Counted from the stretch's first letter, positions 51,155 to 61,708 are shown. The stretch: 64,000 nucleotides of DNA from Cytophagales bacterium (GCA_033765235.1 JANRIG010000020.1:56105-120104), one strand, 5' to 3'. The notes: generated from the sequence alone by a model not told the origin. Made by a program: numbers and translations.

Positions 51155-51934
51155 ATGATATCAAATTTAGCATCCATACACTCCAAAGCGAGAATAGGTA
51201 ATAATGTAACGATAGAGCCGTTTACCTACATAAGTGGAGATGTGGAGATAGAAGACGACACTTGGATAGGTCCTAATGTATCCATATTCGATGGGGCACG
51301 TATCGGTAAAAATTGCAAGATATATCCCGGCGCATCTATATCAGCACCGCCGCAAGACCTCAAGTATAAAGGTGAGCCAACCATTACACGAGTAGGAGAC
51401 AATACTGTAATTCGCGAAGCGGTAACTCTCAATAAGGGCACACTTGCCAATAATGAGACATCAATAGGTGCTAATTGTCTGCTCATGGCCTATGTACACG
51501 TAGCGCATGACTGCGTAATAGGCAACCACTGCATCATAGTGAATAATGTACAACTGGCAGGGCATATATATATAGACGAGTGGGCAATGGTGGGTGGCAC
51601 TTCTGCAGTGCAGCAGTTTGTACGCATAGGTGCTCATGCTTTTGTAACCGGAGGAGCACTGGTACGCAAAGACATTCCACCGTTTACCAAAGCAGCCAGA
51701 GAACCTCTCTCATATGTAGGGATAAACTCAATAGGACTCAGGAGGCGTGGCTTTAGCAACGACCAAATAAATGATATCGCAGAAATATACAGAGTACTGT
51801 ATCTCAAAGGATTAAATACTACTCAAGCACTCGACAAAATAGAACTTGAACTAAAACCCAGCAAAGAACGTGATGAAATTGTAAACTTCATTCGTGCATC
51901 TGATAAAGGCATACTCAAAGGGCCAGATTTATAA
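51155..51934 (+). CDS. lpxA: Acyl-ACP--UDP-N-acetylglucosamine O-acyltransferase
   Basis: PQDLKY, HVAHDC, GINSIGLRRRGF motifs. Confidence 0.96.
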   Translation: MISNLASIHSKARIGNNVTIEPFTYISGDVEIEDDTWIGPNVSIFDGARIGKNCKIYPGASISAPPQDLKYKGEPTITRVGDNTVIREAVTLNKGTLANNETSIGANCLLMAYVHVAHDCVIGNHCIIVNNVQLAGHIYIDEWAMVGGTSAVQQFVRIGAHAFVTGGALVRKDIPPFTKAAREPLSYVGINSIGLRRRGFSNDQINDIAEIYRVLYLKGLNTTQALDKIELELKPSKERDEIVNFIRASDKGILKGPDL

Positions 51935-51941
51935 CATAGTA

Positions 51942-53786
51942 TTAGAAAGCATACCCTACATTGAGTGCAAAGTTGAACACAGGGTATATCTTATTTTCGG
52001 ATACATCTGAAAACCTTTTATGTATTTCCATATTATTAATAAATTGTTTCTCAGGGTTTTTATATCCCATTCCCAGTGCAAACTGTATATCTATAGTAAA
52101 GCCACTTTTATTATATTTTTTAAAAAATCTATCCCCTGCAAGTATGAATACCTCTAAGGTGTTTCGCTCATCTACTTGATACACAATGGGTGTTATCAAT
52201 GTTACCATTGCGTTTGTATTTTCTGTCTGTGTGGTGGTATCCAAGGCATTAGTTTTGTAAACGCTGTTTTTCAAGGTTACACCACCTCCCAAGTATGGTC
52301 TTCCTATAAATTCTTCATTATATTGGTATCTTTTGTATCTGAATGTTTGTGAATACCCGTCCTGATATATGTCTAATATGGGTACATTGTCAAAATCAGT
52401 AAACATGGGTCGCCTCAGGTATGAAATACTAAACTCTACTCCCCATTTATCTTGCACATAGTATTCTAAATTAATAGGTATTTTTTGAGCAATAGGACCT
52501 AAAGCATCTATACTCACTATGAATGTTTTGTAAACCAAGGGGTTTGGGGTATAGAGTCTTAATCTTTTTCTTGGTCGTTTGGTTTCCTTGGCAGTGTTGC
52601 TGCTAATGGTATCTGCTTTGGTTTTTTGCGGTTCTTCTTTTTTGTTGTCATAGTCTTCGTAGTATGTTTTGTAGTATCCTGCTATGCCTCCGTCATTTTT
52701 GTACAGCTTCCATACACCTATCTTATTGCCTTCTTTAAGCAGCCCTTCCATTTTTTTTGCTCCATCTTGATAATATCCTGTGTACCAACCTTCTCCATTT
52801 GCATAAATACATTCGCCCTCCAGCACACCGTTGTCATAGTAGTAGGTCCATTTGCCATCATATTTGCCTTTGGTAAATATACCTTTTATCTTTATACTTT
52901 GATTTTCATAATACTCAGTATATACCCCATCGCCCTCGTTGAATATACCATCTCCCTTTACTTTGCCATTGGCATAGAACATGCGCCATTGCCCTTCTTT
53001 TTGTCCGTTTTTTTCGGCTCCCGTGGCACTTAGTGTGCCATCTGTGTTATAATATTTCCATTCACCGTTGGTTTGACCATCTTTGTATATACCCTCAGAG
53101 GCTAACTTGCCGGTGTCAAAAAAAAACTGCCATTTTCCCACCCGGAGACCATTATCTTCATACCCTCTTGCCTTAAGCTTACCATTGGGGTAGTAATAGC
53201 TCCATAGGCTGTCACTTTTGCCAAACTTGGTCATACCTTCCATTTTCAATGTACCATCTTCATAATATTCTGTGTATTTGCCTATTCCATTGTTATAATT
53301 GGCCTTGGCTTTTGTGACACCGTCGTCGTAGTAATATATCCAATCTCCATCATTTTTACCTTCATGTAAGTGGCCTTCACTTTTGGGCTTACCGTCTTCG
53401 TAGTAAAACCTCCAATAACCATCTTTTTTGCCTTTTACCATAGGTCCTATCATGCTTATGTTGCCATTTTCATAATAGTACCTCCAAATACCTGTTTGTA
53501 AAAAATTATCTATTTCGCCCTCCATTTTTTTATTACCGTTTTCATAATAATATACCCATGGACCTGTAGCAATGTTGTCTTTATATTGTCCTTGTGTTTT
53601 TATATTAAAATTTTGATAAAAGGTCATGTATTCGCCATGAAGTACTGTACTGTCTTCGTATTTTACATAATAGGTTTCCTTAATATACCTCCTATCGCCG
53701 TCATACCATACTTTGAATAGTCTAATATTTTGTGCATATACAGTAGCCAGGCTACTTACAAACAGTATGCTCCACAAATATTTCAT
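51942..53786 (-). CDS. Secreted MORN-variant (YwqK-like) repeat protein with probable C-terminal outer-membrane beta-barrel
   Basis: Signal peptide; many GxWxYYYxxG repeats; C-terminal alternating strands ending ALNVGYAF. Confidence 0.8.
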   Translation of the reverse strand: MKYLWSILFVSSLATVYAQNIRLFKVWYDGDRRYIKETYYVKYEDSTVLHGEYMTFYQNFNIKTQGQYKDNIATGPWVYYYENGNKKMEGEIDNFLQTGIWRYYYENGNISMIGPMVKGKKDGYWRFYYEDGKPKSEGHLHEGKNDGDWIYYYDDGVTKAKANYNNGIGKYTEYYEDGTLKMEGMTKFGKSDSLWSYYYPNGKLKARGYEDNGLRVGKWQFFFDTGKLASEGIYKDGQTNGEWKYYNTDGTLSATGAEKNGQKEGQWRMFYANGKVKGDGIFNEGDGVYTEYYENQSIKIKGIFTKGKYDGKWTYYYDNGVLEGECIYANGEGWYTGYYQDGAKKMEGLLKEGNKIGVWKLYKNDGGIAGYYKTYYEDYDNKKEEPQKTKADTISSNTAKETKRPRKRLRLYTPNPLVYKTFIVSIDALGPIAQKIPINLEYYVQDKWGVEFSISYLRRPMFTDFDNVPILDIYQDGYSQTFRYKRYQYNEEFIGRPYLGGGVTLKNSVYKTNALDTTTQTENTNAMVTLITPIVYQVDERNTLEVFILAGDRFFKKYNKSGFTIDIQFALGMGYKNPEKQFINNMEIHKRFSDVSENKIYPVFNFALNVGYAF

Positions 53787-53860
53787 GGAGTAAAAATAAC
53801 TATATTATGGAATATACTTTATAAAATGTGCTAATATTACATGAAATAATACATGCAGTA

Positions 53861-54964
53861 TCAGTCCCAGTCTATGATTACTTTAAGGCTGTCGGGGTCT
53901 GCTGCTCTATGTATTGCTTGCAGCAATTGCTCACTTTTAAACCTTTCTGTGGCATTGGTCATTTTATGAATGTTTGGCAATTTATTCTCACTCAGCATCT
54001 TGTGGGCTAAGTTTATACCATGCATACTTGATCCGTGTGTAGCTTGATAGCATTGCAACTTGTAGTGAATATCATTGTTCAAATCTACTTCATGAGCTAT
54101 TCGAGGTTTGCCTGATGCACCTTTTACTCCTGCATGTGCATCAAACACTGTGTTGTAGCCCATCAGCATTACTGCCAGTGTATAGCCTGCTTCTGCCGGC
54201 ACATTCATCATCACAAAGTGAGGCTCATTAAACGGTTTACATGCTTTAAATACATTGGCTACCACATCCTCATCCCATAATATGCCTACTGTACGCTCAT
54301 CGCCAAAATCTGCAAGCACTCTTTCCAATCTTTCTTTGCCTCTATTTATCATGATGATTTTGCGAGCACCCATAGCCTGTGCAGATTGCAGTGCATAAGT
54401 GCTTTGCGAACCTGCACCTATGAGCACTACTATACGGTCTGTGATACAGTTGTTTACCCTTGTCATCCCTTCCAGGCAGCAAGCGAGTGGCTCAAGCTGG
54501 CAAGCAAAGTCAGGGTCAAAGCCTTTTGGAAATTTTTTGATAGGTCCCAATTCTACAAACCAATCGGGAAGCAGCGCGTGTGTGCGTGCAAAACCCTGAT
54601 ATTCATGCCCTGTAGCCCATGTATTAGGGCAGCTTGTCCAGTCGCCTGTGCCATTGTCGCCACAGTATATGCATTCACGTTGGCTGCAAGGTATGTCGCA
54701 ACCCAGCCCTAACAAATCTCCCGGGCTAAATTTGGATACACCCTCCCCCACTTCTAATACTTCACAACATACTTCATGAAGTATGACTGCAGGCCACTTT
54801 TTGATACGCGGCAGACCATATTTGTATATAACCACATCTGACTGGCATACGGATGTGCGGCGTGTTTTTAGCAATATTTCACCTTTCCCGGGACTTTGGA
54901 TAAGCTCATTACTGAGTGTGAATGTACCTCCTGGCTTGTCAAGACTGTATAGAGTATTTTGCAT
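53861..54964 (-). CDS. Zinc-binding medium-chain alcohol/polyol dehydrogenase
   Basis: CQSD, xHE, VGEGV, Cys cluster, EPLAC and GAG motifs. Confidence 0.82.
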   Translation of the reverse strand: MQNTLYSLDKPGGTFTLSNELIQSPGKGEILLKTRRTSVCQSDVVIYKYGLPRIKKWPAVILHEVCCEVLEVGEGVSKFSPGDLLGLGCDIPCSQRECIYCGDNGTGDWTSCPNTWATGHEYQGFARTHALLPDWFVELGPIKKFPKGFDPDFACQLEPLACCLEGMTRVNNCITDRIVVLIGAGSQSTYALQSAQAMGARKIIMINRGKERLERVLADFGDERTVGILWDEDVVANVFKACKPFNEPHFVMMNVPAEAGYTLAVMLMGYNTVFDAHAGVKGASGKPRIAHEVDLNNDIHYKLQCYQATHGSSMHGINLAHKMLSENKLPNIHKMTNATERFKSEQLLQAIHRAADPDSLKVIIDWD

Positions 54965-55000
54965 AGATTAATTATTTTATATAAAAATGATTATTATTGA

Positions 55001-55008
55001 CAAATATA
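55001..55008 (-). promoter_or_regulatory. -7 promoter element for the dehydrogenase gene, flanked by TGATTA/TAATCA boxes
   Basis: Minus-strand TATATTTG; TGATTA at 54988-93; TAATCAAA at 55019-26 and 55029-36. Confidence 0.5.
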
Positions 55009-55140
55009 CAAGTAATTATAATCAAACTTAATCAAAATGTAAATTATTATACTATGAATAATTTGCGGTTAAATATATATGAGAGTATACAATATTTGTC
55101 AAATACGATATATAATTATATTTTTGAGAAAATATAATAA

Positions 55141-55671
55141 ATGCATAGTACAAAACTTATACTCTACAGTATAGGGCTGCTCATGGTAGCTTCGCTTATT
55201 TTTTATTTTTTTAATTCAGAAACAGGCGATGCTAAAAAAAATGCTACCACATTTGATGACGAATTGCAACGGTGTAATGAAGAATATAATGGCATTAACA
55301 AGATATTTGACTACGCAAAATACAATTTCGGCATAGGCACAAGGGGCAAATATACCTATGCAAACGGAGTACTTCTCAACTCTAAAACAGGACGCACCAT
55401 ACGCTCTTGGCACAAAAAAAGTGAAATCATAAACTATGCTCAAACCAGAGTGATACTCACTACCGAAGCCGGGCTTATCACCATATACGAAGATACAGAA
55501 GGTATATTTATCAAAGAAGGCTACAAAATATCGGCAGTAGAAAAAAAAAACATGAAAATACCTGATTTTACTAAAAAAAAATATCCGTTGGTGACCAAAG
55601 CATTATACCAAATATACATGTATGACACTGCCAATGTACCTGTAAAGCAATATTATCAAAAGTTATTATAA
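55141..55671 (+). CDS. Membrane-anchored hypothetical protein
   Basis: N-terminal hydrophobic helix; 176-aa ORF filling the gap before purQ. Confidence 0.7.
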   Translation: MHSTKLILYSIGLLMVASLIFYFFNSETGDAKKNATTFDDELQRCNEEYNGINKIFDYAKYNFGIGTRGKYTYANGVLLNSKTGRTIRSWHKKSEIINYAQTRVILTTEAGLITIYEDTEGIFIKEGYKISAVEKKNMKIPDFTKKKYPLVTKALYQIYMYDTANVPVKQYYQKLL

Positions 55672-55693
55672 AAATAAATTTACAAAAACAATT

Positions 55694-56389
55694 ATGAAAT
55701 TTGGAGTGGTAGTTTTCCCGGGGTCAAACTGTGACGAAGACATGGTGTATGCGCTGCGTGACATAATGAGGCAGCAAGTAGTGAAACTTTGGCACAAAAA
55801 TACTTCACTCGAAGGCTGCGACATGGTGATATTGCCGGGTGGCTTTTCGTACGGGGACTATCTTAGGTCTGGTGCCATTGCAAGGTTTTCGCCCATTATG
55901 ACCGAAGTGGTAAATCATGCACAAAAAGGTGGCTATGTTTTAGGCATATGCAACGGATTTCAAATATTGGCAGAAACCGGGCTGGTACCGGGTGCACTTA
56001 TTAGAAATATAAACTTACAATTTATCTGCGATAATCAATATATAAAACCTGCTAATAATACTTTGATAAACAGAACAATGCAAAAAGATACCGCTTACAA
56101 AATACCCATAGCGCATGGCGATGGCAGATACTATATAGATAGTGAAGGTCTTAAAAAAATTACAGACAACGAACAAATTATTTTCAAATATTGCGATGAA
56201 AATGGTGATATTACTTATAATAGCAACCCCAATGGCTCACTATTGCACATTGCAGGGGTGTGCAATACAGGCAGAAATGTATTTGGCATGATGCCTCACC
56301 CGGAGCGTGCCATAGACCCTGATTTGGGCAATACCGATGGCAGATTGATATTTGAGAGTATTATTGAGCAGGTGCTGGTGAGTGAATGA
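55694..56389 (+). CDS. purQ: Phosphoribosylformylglycinamidine synthase glutaminase subunit
   Basis: FPGSNC, PGGFSYGDYLR, GICNGFQ, MMPHPER motifs. Confidence 0.97.
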   Translation: MKFGVVVFPGSNCDEDMVYALRDIMRQQVVKLWHKNTSLEGCDMVILPGGFSYGDYLRSGAIARFSPIMTEVVNHAQKGGYVLGICNGFQILAETGLVPGALIRNINLQFICDNQYIKPANNTLINRTMQKDTAYKIPIAHGDGRYYIDSEGLKKITDNEQIIFKYCDENGDITYNSNPNGSLLHIAGVCNTGRNVFGMMPHPERAIDPDLGNTDGRLIFESIIEQVLVSE

Positions 56390-56393
56390 GATA

Positions 56394-58637
56394 TCACTTG
56401 AATAATAAGCTACCCGTGTACACATCTATGATAGCAGTAGTAGATTTAGTAGGCAATTCTATCGTAATTTTTGTACCTGATGGCATTGTAATTGACTTAC
56501 TGCCACCAGATTTGGTATGATAAGTGAGTGTGCCATTGCCTCCATACACTACATCATTTACAGTACTATATTTTTTGGCTGGAGTGAGCGATAATATTGC
56601 ACGCACTAAGTCAGAGTTCATAATAGGATTGGCAATGTAGTATGAAGTGAAATCTTTATTTTTTTTCATGGCCATACCTACCAAACTGTTGGCAATATAC
56701 CTACCTAATACTTTAGCCTCTTTATCATCTACATAAAACACGGGGGATACCTGCCCCCAAGGACCAAAAGTGCCGTATTTGTCAAAATCAGGCGCTGGTT
56801 TTATAGCTTGGTCGCCACTTATCTCAGTTTTTTTTATTTTTATGCCCGATATTTGCGATATATAATTCACATCCAGCTTTTTGCCATCGGCATAGGCAGG
56901 TGCATAAAAGTATAGTACATGCTTATTGTTTTTGCATATATTATTAATGATAAATGTACGCTTTTGCTCATCCATCAAAAATGTATTCACAAATATCACG
57001 GTACTGTATTGCGATAGATTTGCCTTGGGTATATCATCTATATGAATAGGGTCAAATATTATTCCTGATTTGTAAAATCCTACTAAAGTCCAGTCTATTA
57101 GCGGCATACTAAGAGGGTCTCCGTTTCCTAAGCTCATCAGGTGATAATATACATCTGTATCATATACTATGAGCACATCTGCCACAGGTTTATGATTTAC
57201 TTCTATATTTTGAGTAGCTATACCCAACACAGTTTTTATCACCTCATAGTATAGCGGATGGTCCCACCAGCCGCTGTTGTTGCCTGATTGGGTAGAATAT
57301 TCGCTTCGCTCTTCTACTACCTGTGTGCCCGGACCAAAGTCATACAGCCAAAAGCCCATACCTTTGCTTATGGTAAACATAAGGCTTCGTGTCAGTTCAG
57401 AACGGTTGTTGCTCATCACGCTGTCAAATTTTTTGCGGTTGTCGGTAGTGCCATTGGCCCATGGGAATACCCTCACTGGTTGCTGGTCATACTCATCGAG
57501 CCATAGTTTGCCATTGAGCAATACAGAATTTATGAGGCTTCGAGAGCGATAGGGGTCGCCTGAGTTTTTTACATCAGGGTAATAGGCTTGCGGACCGGCA
57601 AGAAAATCTATATATGGAGATTTGAGTACTTTTTGTACTGCTAAGTGCCCTCCGGCAGCGTGCCTTCCAAATACTGAAAAATAATATCCGTAAAATGCCC
57701 CAGTGATGATAGGACGAGGCCAATTGTCTTTCACTGTTTTGCAAAAGTGTATGATATTGTCTGCCACCATGTGGTGCTGGCAGGTGTAGTAGTCTATCAC
57801 TTTTTGGTCGGTGGCGGGGTCTCTGAATATGCCTGCGCCAAGTTTTTTACGCTCTGCTACGCTTGGCACATTCACTTTGTCATAGGTGATAGAAGCATCG
57901 TTCCATGCTTTTTGCAATAGTGCTTCGGTAGTATATTTTTGCATTACCCATTCTTTGAAATAGCTTTGCATAGGTATGCTAAAGTCGGGCTCGCCGCTTG
58001 TAAAGCCCCAATAGTGCCACTCGCCATATACTCCACCTACCATTTGCAATCCTATGAGAGCACGGCTTTCAGGTGTTTGAGAAAATTCTTTGCAAAATTG
58101 TACTATCTTTTCAGTAGATTCTTTTTTCCATTTTCTGGAGGCTAAGCTGTAGCGACGGGTAGTGCGAGCATCGCCATCGAGTATGCGATTGAGTCCGTAG
58201 TCTAAGTCTTCTTGTGGCTGTATGCCTTCCCATACTGTGTTTTCTTCGGGATATTTTTTTTGCCACCATTTGGGTGGGTTTGTATGAAATCTGAATACTA
58301 TTTTGGCACGCGGGCACACTTGCAATACTCCATTTATTTGTTTTTTGGCAATATCATAATTTACAGACCCGTCTTCAAACCAAATGTGATCTAAAAATAT
58401 ATCAAGCTGGTAAAGTTGCACCCCTGCTTCGCACATTTTTTTGATACAGTGTTGGGGCATTTCATCATAGCTCCATCTGCCTCCGGGTACATCTGTAAGT
58501 GCATAGAATACTGGTGCATAGGGTTTGTCATTGACAAATATGACAGGCTTGCCATTGTACATTTTCACGGCAGAGGCTGTCTGTGAATGCACCCTGCCCA
58601 TGATGCAAAAGAGCGATAATATGTATATAAAACGCAT
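56394..58637 (-). CDS. Secreted glycoside hydrolase, clan GH-A / GH42-like fold
   Basis: Signal peptide; YSLAS, GEWHYWG, YxTxxxLQxAW, GAFYGY, LWLDEYD motifs; C-terminal trimerisation-like domain. Confidence 0.65.
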   Translation of the reverse strand: MRFIYILSLFCIMGRVHSQTASAVKMYNGKPVIFVNDKPYAPVFYALTDVPGGRWSYDEMPQHCIKKMCEAGVQLYQLDIFLDHIWFEDGSVNYDIAKKQINGVLQVCPRAKIVFRFHTNPPKWWQKKYPEENTVWEGIQPQEDLDYGLNRILDGDARTTRRYSLASRKWKKESTEKIVQFCKEFSQTPESRALIGLQMVGGVYGEWHYWGFTSGEPDFSIPMQSYFKEWVMQKYTTEALLQKAWNDASITYDKVNVPSVAERKKLGAGIFRDPATDQKVIDYYTCQHHMVADNIIHFCKTVKDNWPRPIITGAFYGYYFSVFGRHAAGGHLAVQKVLKSPYIDFLAGPQAYYPDVKNSGDPYRSRSLINSVLLNGKLWLDEYDQQPVRVFPWANGTTDNRKKFDSVMSNNRSELTRSLMFTISKGMGFWLYDFGPGTQVVEERSEYSTQSGNNSGWWDHPLYYEVIKTVLGIATQNIEVNHKPVADVLIVYDTDVYYHLMSLGNGDPLSMPLIDWTLVGFYKSGIIFDPIHIDDIPKANLSQYSTVIFVNTFLMDEQKRTFIINNICKNNKHVLYFYAPAYADGKKLDVNYISQISGIKIKKTEISGDQAIKPAPDFDKYGTFGPWGQVSPVFYVDDKEAKVLGRYIANSLVGMAMKKNKDFTSYYIANPIMNSDLVRAILSLTPAKKYSTVNDVVYGGNGTLTYHTKSGGSKSITMPSGTKITIELPTKSTTAIIDVYTGSLLFK

Positions 58638-58670
58638 TTAATTTATTATCAAATTTTTTATCAAAAATAG

Positions 58671-59030
58671 TTATTTGTTTGATACAAATACTAAAGTCAT
58701 AGGAACGGTTTCAGAAATGCCTGTTAATATAAGTTTAGTGTCTGTTAACGCTGTCATTTTGTACGCATTGCTTATCTTACCACCTGTTTTAGCCAATATC
58801 AGCGAGTCATTGGAAAGGTACCAGTTGCCCGACTCAGTTTCCATACCTGTGAGTTTGTAGCTCCCGGCACTTTCGAGTATAAGTGAGAAGCCTTTTACTT
58901 GATCACCTTCTACTTTTTGCCCTGCAATGTCCATATTCAGCAACTGCCATTTTTTGGATAGTTTTTGCTTCATATTTGTACATGACAAGAGTATAAGCAA
59001 AAGTATGGTGATAAAACTAATATTTTTCAT
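58671..59030 (-). CDS. Small lipoprotein, lipocalin-like
   Basis: Lipobox LLSC; KKWQL and GNWYL motifs; upstream minus-strand TATATTTG at 59050-59057. Confidence 0.7.
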   Translation of the reverse strand: MKNISFITILLLILLSCTNMKQKLSKKWQLLNMDIAGQKVEGDQVKGFSLILESAGSYKLTGMETESGNWYLSNDSLILAKTGGKISNAYKMTALTDTKLILTGISETVPMTLVFVSNK

Positions 59031-59315
59031 AAATAATATAAGATGCTTACAAATATAGAAAATATAACAGCTTACAACTTATTTGCTCATTACATTATTG
59101 TAAAAGCTGATAGAAAAAAAATAATACAGCTCCTGACGATTAAAATTTTTGCCATACTATTATATGTATTATTTGCCATTCATAGCCTTTTATGTAGCGC
59201 ATATTTTGAGACAATGTAAGTTAGTAATATATATTTTTTTAAAAATAGATGTTTATTTCCTGTATGTTGATTATTTGTATTTTACAAATCACATTTTTAA
59301 TGCAAAAAATGTATT

Positions 59316-60620
59316 ATGGCATCGTTTGAAATAAAAGGCGGGAATAAGCTAAAAGGTGAAATTATAGCGCAAGGCGCAAAAAACGAAGCACTGGAAGTAA
59401 TAAGTGCTATATTGCTCACACCATATACTGTCACTATCCGCAATATACCTCATATACGCGATGTGCTCAAACTCATAGAGCTGCTGCAAGACCTTGGTGT
59501 ACAGGTACATAAAATGGGCGACCATGATTATACATTCACCGCCAAAAATATTAACCTCGACTACCTTACAAGCACAGATTTTAAGCAAAAAGGTGGTGCA
59601 CTTCGTGGCTCTGTTATGATCATAGGACCATTACTTGCCAGATTTGGCAAAGCCAAAATGCCAAAGCCGGGAGGTGACAAAATAGGACGCAGAAGGCTCG
59701 ACACACACTTTCTGGGCTTTGAAAAACTCGGCGCAAAATTTGACTTCGATACCAAAGAAGAGTTTTTCAGCATAGATGCCAAAGAGCTCAAAGGCTGCTA
59801 TATGCTGCTCGACGAAGCTTCCGTAACCGGCACTGCCAATATCATCATGGCGGCTGTGCTTGCCAAAGGTACTACCACCATATACAACGCTGCTTGCGAG
59901 CCATATGTGCAACAGCTATGCAAAATGCTCAACCGCATGGGTGCCAAAATATCAGGTATAGGGTCTAACTTATTACAAATAGAAGGGGTGAAAGAGCTGG
60001 GAGGCACTGATCATACCCTGCTGCCCGACATGATAGAGATAGGCAGCTTCATAGGTATGGCAGCCATGACAGAGTCAGACATTACTATCAAAAATTGCAG
60101 CATACATGAATTAGGACAAATACCCACTATTTTTCAACGATTGGGGATAAATATGACACTCATACAAAACGATATAAGGGTATATGATAATGAAAAATAC
60201 AAACTTGACACATTTATAGATGGCTCCATACTCACTATTGCAGATGCACCATGGCCGGGTTTCACACCTGACCTTATCAGCATAGTGCTTGTCACTGCCA
60301 TACAGGCCAAAGGTACGGTGCTTATTCACCAAAAAATGTTTGAAAGCAGACTATTTTTTGTAGATAAACTTATAGAAATGGGTGCCCAAATCATTCTCAA
60401 TGACCCACATAGGGCTACAGTGATAGGGCTTGGGCGCAGCATGCCTTTGCGTGGCATTACCATGACCTCTCCCGACATTAGAGCAGGAGTATCTCTACTC
60501 ATTGCTGCTATGAGTGCTGAGGGTACAAGCACCATTCACAATATAGAACAGATAGACCGTGGCTATCAATATATAGACACACGACTCAACAATTTGGGTG
60601 CTAAAATTACTAGAATATAA
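59316..60620 (+). CDS. murA: UDP-N-acetylglucosamine 1-carboxyvinyltransferase
   Basis: GAKN, PGGDKIGRR, ASVTGTAN, PGFTPD, PDIRAG, IDRGY motifs. Confidence 0.97.
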   Translation: MASFEIKGGNKLKGEIIAQGAKNEALEVISAILLTPYTVTIRNIPHIRDVLKLIELLQDLGVQVHKMGDHDYTFTAKNINLDYLTSTDFKQKGGALRGSVMIIGPLLARFGKAKMPKPGGDKIGRRRLDTHFLGFEKLGAKFDFDTKEEFFSIDAKELKGCYMLLDEASVTGTANIIMAAVLAKGTTTIYNAACEPYVQQLCKMLNRMGAKISGIGSNLLQIEGVKELGGTDHTLLPDMIEIGSFIGMAAMTESDITIKNCSIHELGQIPTIFQRLGINMTLIQNDIRVYDNEKYKLDTFIDGSILTIADAPWPGFTPDLISIVLVTAIQAKGTVLIHQKMFESRLFFVDKLIEMGAQIILNDPHRATVIGLGRSMPLRGITMTSPDIRAGVSLLIAAMSAEGTSTIHNIEQIDRGYQYIDTRLNNLGAKITRI

Positions 60621-60655
60621 AAAAAAAATGCGCCATGGTATTAGCCATGAGCGCA
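60619..60655 (-). terminator. Intrinsic terminator between convergent murA and DUF1573 genes
   Basis: A10 tract, then TGCGC-CATGG-tattag-CCATG-a-GCGCA. Confidence 0.7.
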
Positions 60656-60674
60656 CATTATTATTTTGATAAAA

Positions 60675-61118
60675 TTATTTTTTGGGGGCAGCAGGCTCTG
60701 CAGGTGCGGCTGCAGGAGCATCGGCAGGCACTACATTGCACACTATAGATATCTGAGCTTGAGGATTTTTAGCATTGCTAAATACGGTAATTACTTTATT
60801 TTGCATGCCCATTTTGCCGGCACTGTTAAAGGTAGCATTTATTTCGGCAGATTTGCCGGGTGCTATAGGCTCTTTGGGCCATGCCGGCACAGTGCAACCG
60901 CAAGTTGTTTGCACATTGCTGATTATGAGAGGCTCTTTGCCCGTATTTTTAAATTTGAAACTGGCATTCACTACTTGACCTTGTTTTATATCTCCAAACT
61001 CTTGTGAAGATTTCTCAAAAACTATATCAGCTCCTGATCCGGGTGCAGGCTGAAAGGTGAATGATGACAAGAATATTGCAACACTTAGAATAGTAAGTAA
61101 ATAAAATATTTTTTTCAT
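60675..61118 (-). CDS. DUF1573 domain protein
   Basis: Signal peptide; FKNTGKEPLII, TCGCTVP, PIAPG motifs. Confidence 0.92.
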   Translation of the reverse strand: MKKIFYLLTILSVAIFLSSFTFQPAPGSGADIVFEKSSQEFGDIKQGQVVNASFKFKNTGKEPLIISNVQTTCGCTVPAWPKEPIAPGKSAEINATFNSAGKMGMQNKVITVFSNAKNPQAQISIVCNVVPADAPAAAPAEPAAPKK

Positions 61119-61189
61119 GGGTATATTTATTTTTATTTGTAAATGTAAATGTATAGAAATTATTATTCAAATAAAATTATAAAAAAAAT

Positions 61190-61630
61190 ATGGCAAGTCA
61201 AAATTTTACGGATATACAGCAAAAAACCATTATCTCAGCCATAAAAAAAGCAGAACTCAACACTGGCGGAGAAGTGAGGGTGCATATAGAAAATCATTGT
61301 AAATTGCCCAACGTGCTCGACCGTGCCTCGGAGGTATTTGCCATACTCAAAATGCACAAGACCAAGCTCAGAAATGGGGTACTGTTTTATTTGGCACTAA
61401 AAGATCATAAGTTTGCTATTTTGGGCGATGCGGGCATCAATAAAGTAGTGCCACCGGACTTTTGGGACAAAATTAAAGACCACTGCATTGCCATGTTCAA
61501 AGAAGGCAAATATACTGAGGGGCTGAGTGATGGCATACTTATGGCCGGTGAGCAACTCAAAATACACTTTCCCTATATGAGCGATGATGTAAATGAGCTT
61601 TCGGACGAAATATCATTTGGAAATAATTAG
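61190..61630 (+). CDS. TPM domain protein
   Basis: AELNTGGEVRVHIE, RNGVLFYL, GDAGI, NELSDEIS motifs. Confidence 0.9.
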   Translation: MASQNFTDIQQKTIISAIKKAELNTGGEVRVHIENHCKLPNVLDRASEVFAILKMHKTKLRNGVLFYLALKDHKFAILGDAGINKVVPPDFWDKIKDHCIAMFKEGKYTEGLSDGILMAGEQLKIHFPYMSDDVNELSDEISFGNN

Positions 61631-61708
61631 CGTTGCCTAATAATTTTAGGAATGTGATAATCCAGATTTTAGCATTTTTGCCGAAATATTATAGGGCATA
61701 CGCCAAGT

